Positions 1 to 547 of a DNA stretch of 547 nucleotides are shown here, piece after piece. The notes below the pieces were generated by a model. That model saw only the letters and a program-made list of their open reading frames with translations, was not told the origin of the DNA and did not search any database. Positions within the stretch are counted from its first letter, which is position 1, and every line of letters starts with the position of its first letter. The DNA lies in NCBI RefSeq assembly GCF_003334385.1, contig NZ_QOWN01000168.1. The stretch is one strand, 5' to 3'. This stretch comes from Escherichia coli. Its GTDB lineage: Bacteria > Pseudomonadota > Gammaproteobacteria > Enterobacterales > Enterobacteriaceae. A program made the position numbers and the translations under genes.

Positions 1-24
1 GTAAGCGTACAGCCTGAACCGTCT
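1..24 (+). repeat. Putative left terminal inverted repeat (IRL) of the IS66-family element; the inner boundary is approximate
   Basis: Seen in sequence: 5'-GTAAGCGTACAGCCTGAACCGTCT at the very start of the window. Established knowledge: IS66-family IRs begin 5'-GTAAGCG. The length cannot be fixed without the right end for comparison. Confidence 0.45.
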
Positions 25-71
25 GGTCAGAATCTGACGAATTAGACAAAGTGGTGTCCACCAAATAAGTA

Positions 72-473
72 GTGGGAACCAAAGTGTCAGATATGCAGAA
101 AAATGTGACTCCCGGCAGGCGAAAAGGCTGCCCTAATTATCCTCCCGAATTTAAACAGCAGCTCGTTGCTGCCTCCTGTGAACCCGGGATATCCATCTCA
201 AAACTTGCTCTTGAAAATGGCATTAACGCCAATCTGTTGTTCAAATGGCGACAACAATGGCGCGAGGGAAAGCTGCTATTACCTTCTTCAGAGAGCCCCC
301 AGCTACTTCCTGTGACTCTCGATGCAGCTGCCGAACAGCCAGAATCGCTCGCAGAGGACCCGGAAACCCTCAGTATCAGCTGTGAGGTAACGTTCCGGCA
401 CGGGACGCTCCGCTTCAATGGCAATGTCAGCAAAAAGCTCCTGACTCTGCTGATACAGGAACTGAAGCGATGA
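72..473 (+). CDS. tnpA: IS66-family accessory protein TnpA (orf1), a small predicted HTH DNA-binding protein; 133 aa from GTG72, with in-frame alternative starts at GTG84 and ATG93 (127 aa)
   Basis: Seen in sequence: intact ORF ending at TGA 471-473. Residues ~40-60 (nt ~189-251, [22 protein letters not shown]) have a helix-turn-helix-like pattern, followed by an acidic Pro/Ser/Glu-rich linker and a C-terminal leucine-rich helix ([13 protein letters not shown]). Position immediately upstream of, and overlapping, the tnpB-like ORF fits IS66 orf1. No strong Shine-Dalgarno precedes any candidate start, so the start is uncertain. Confidence 0.85.
   Translation: MGTKVSDMQKNVTPGRRKGCPNYPPEFKQQLVAASCEPGISISKLALENGINANLLFKWRQQWREGKLLLPSSESPQLLPVTLDAAAEQPESLAEDPETLSISCEVTFRHGTLRFNGNVSKKLLTLLIQELKR
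457..460 (+). promoter_or_regulatory. Shine-Dalgarno-like AGGA for tnpB, embedded in the 3' end of tnpA
   Basis: Seen in sequence: AGGA at 457-460, 9 nt upstream of ATG 470. Consistent with translational coupling or reinitiation at the ATGA junction. Confidence 0.4.
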
Positions 474-547
474 TCCCGTTACCTTCCGGGACCAAAATTT
501 GGCTGGTTGCCGGTATCACCGATATGAGAAATGGCTTCAACGGCCTG
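470..547 (+). CDS. tnpB: IS66-family accessory protein TnpB (orf2), N-terminal 26 codons only; 3' end truncated by the window edge
   Basis: Seen in sequence: ATG 470-472 overlaps the tnpA stop TGA 471-473 (ATGA). Translation [26 protein letters not shown] runs open to the end of the window. An AGGA Shine-Dalgarno at 457-460 sits 9 nt upstream of the ATG. The N-terminal motif matches IS66 orf2 proteins as recalled. It is absent from the ORF track only because no stop codon falls inside the window. Confidence 0.8.
   Translation, partial: MIPLPSGTKIWLVAGITDMRNGFNGL

Larger units (their letters stand above)
1..547 (+). mobile_element. IS66-family insertion sequence, left-end portion (left terminus through tnpA and the start of tnpB); the element continues past the 3' edge of the window
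   Basis: Seen in sequence: the window starts with 5'-GTAAGCG, followed by a ~130-aa ORF and then an ATGA-coupled second ORF beginning [26 protein letters not shown]. Established knowledge: IS66-family elements have termini beginning GTAA and a tnpA-tnpB-tnpC arrangement with small overlapping accessory ORFs; the TnpB N-terminus is recalled from memory, not searched. Confidence 0.85.

Noticed and set aside
40-71. Sigma70-like promoter upstream of tnpA (TAGACA at 43-48 as the -35 element)
   Set aside because: No acceptable -10 hexamer lies at 16-18 bp spacing (TAAGTA or ATAAGT match TATAAT poorly). This is too weak to call as a feature.
244-262. Short direct repeat AATGGCG (244-250 and 256-262)
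   Set aside because: It is a by-product of the coding sequence (the repeated Trp-Arg in KWRQQWR). It is too short and isolated to be a meaningful DNA repeat.
137-433. 98-aa ORF on the minus strand, entirely inside tnpA
   Set aside because: It is fully antisense to a well-supported IS66 tnpA reading frame. The translation is Ser/Cys/Arg-rich with no recognisable motif, as expected for a spurious antisense frame, and no start or RBS context supports it.
1-547. Possible novel defence or other undescribed system suggested by the prompt
   Set aside because: All coding capacity in the window is accounted for by the tnpA and tnpB accessory genes of an IS66-family element with standard organisation. 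No unexplained ORFs, arrays or structured RNA candidates remain.
470-547. Possibility that this 'TnpB' is the IS200/IS605-type RNA-guided nuclease TnpB
   Set aside because: The N-terminal motif and the ATGA coupling to a small HTH orf1 match the unrelated IS66 orf2 accessory protein (~115 aa). The shared name is coincidental, and no RuvC-like nuclease or omega-RNA is implied.

Overview
This window is the left end of an IS66-family insertion sequence, not a novel system. It begins exactly at the characteristic 5'-GTAAGCG terminus and carries a complete first accessory gene (tnpA-like, 72..473, + strand) with a predicted helix-turn-helix and a C-terminal leucine-rich helix. The stop codon of that gene overlaps, in an ATGA junction, the start of a second gene (470..547+, truncated by the window edge) whose N-terminus [26 protein letters not shown] matches, from memory, the conserved start of IS66 TnpB (orf2). 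The DDE transposase gene (tnpC/orf3), the right inverted repeat and the flanking target sequence lie outside the window. No database search was run, so family assignment rests on recalled motifs and gene organisation.
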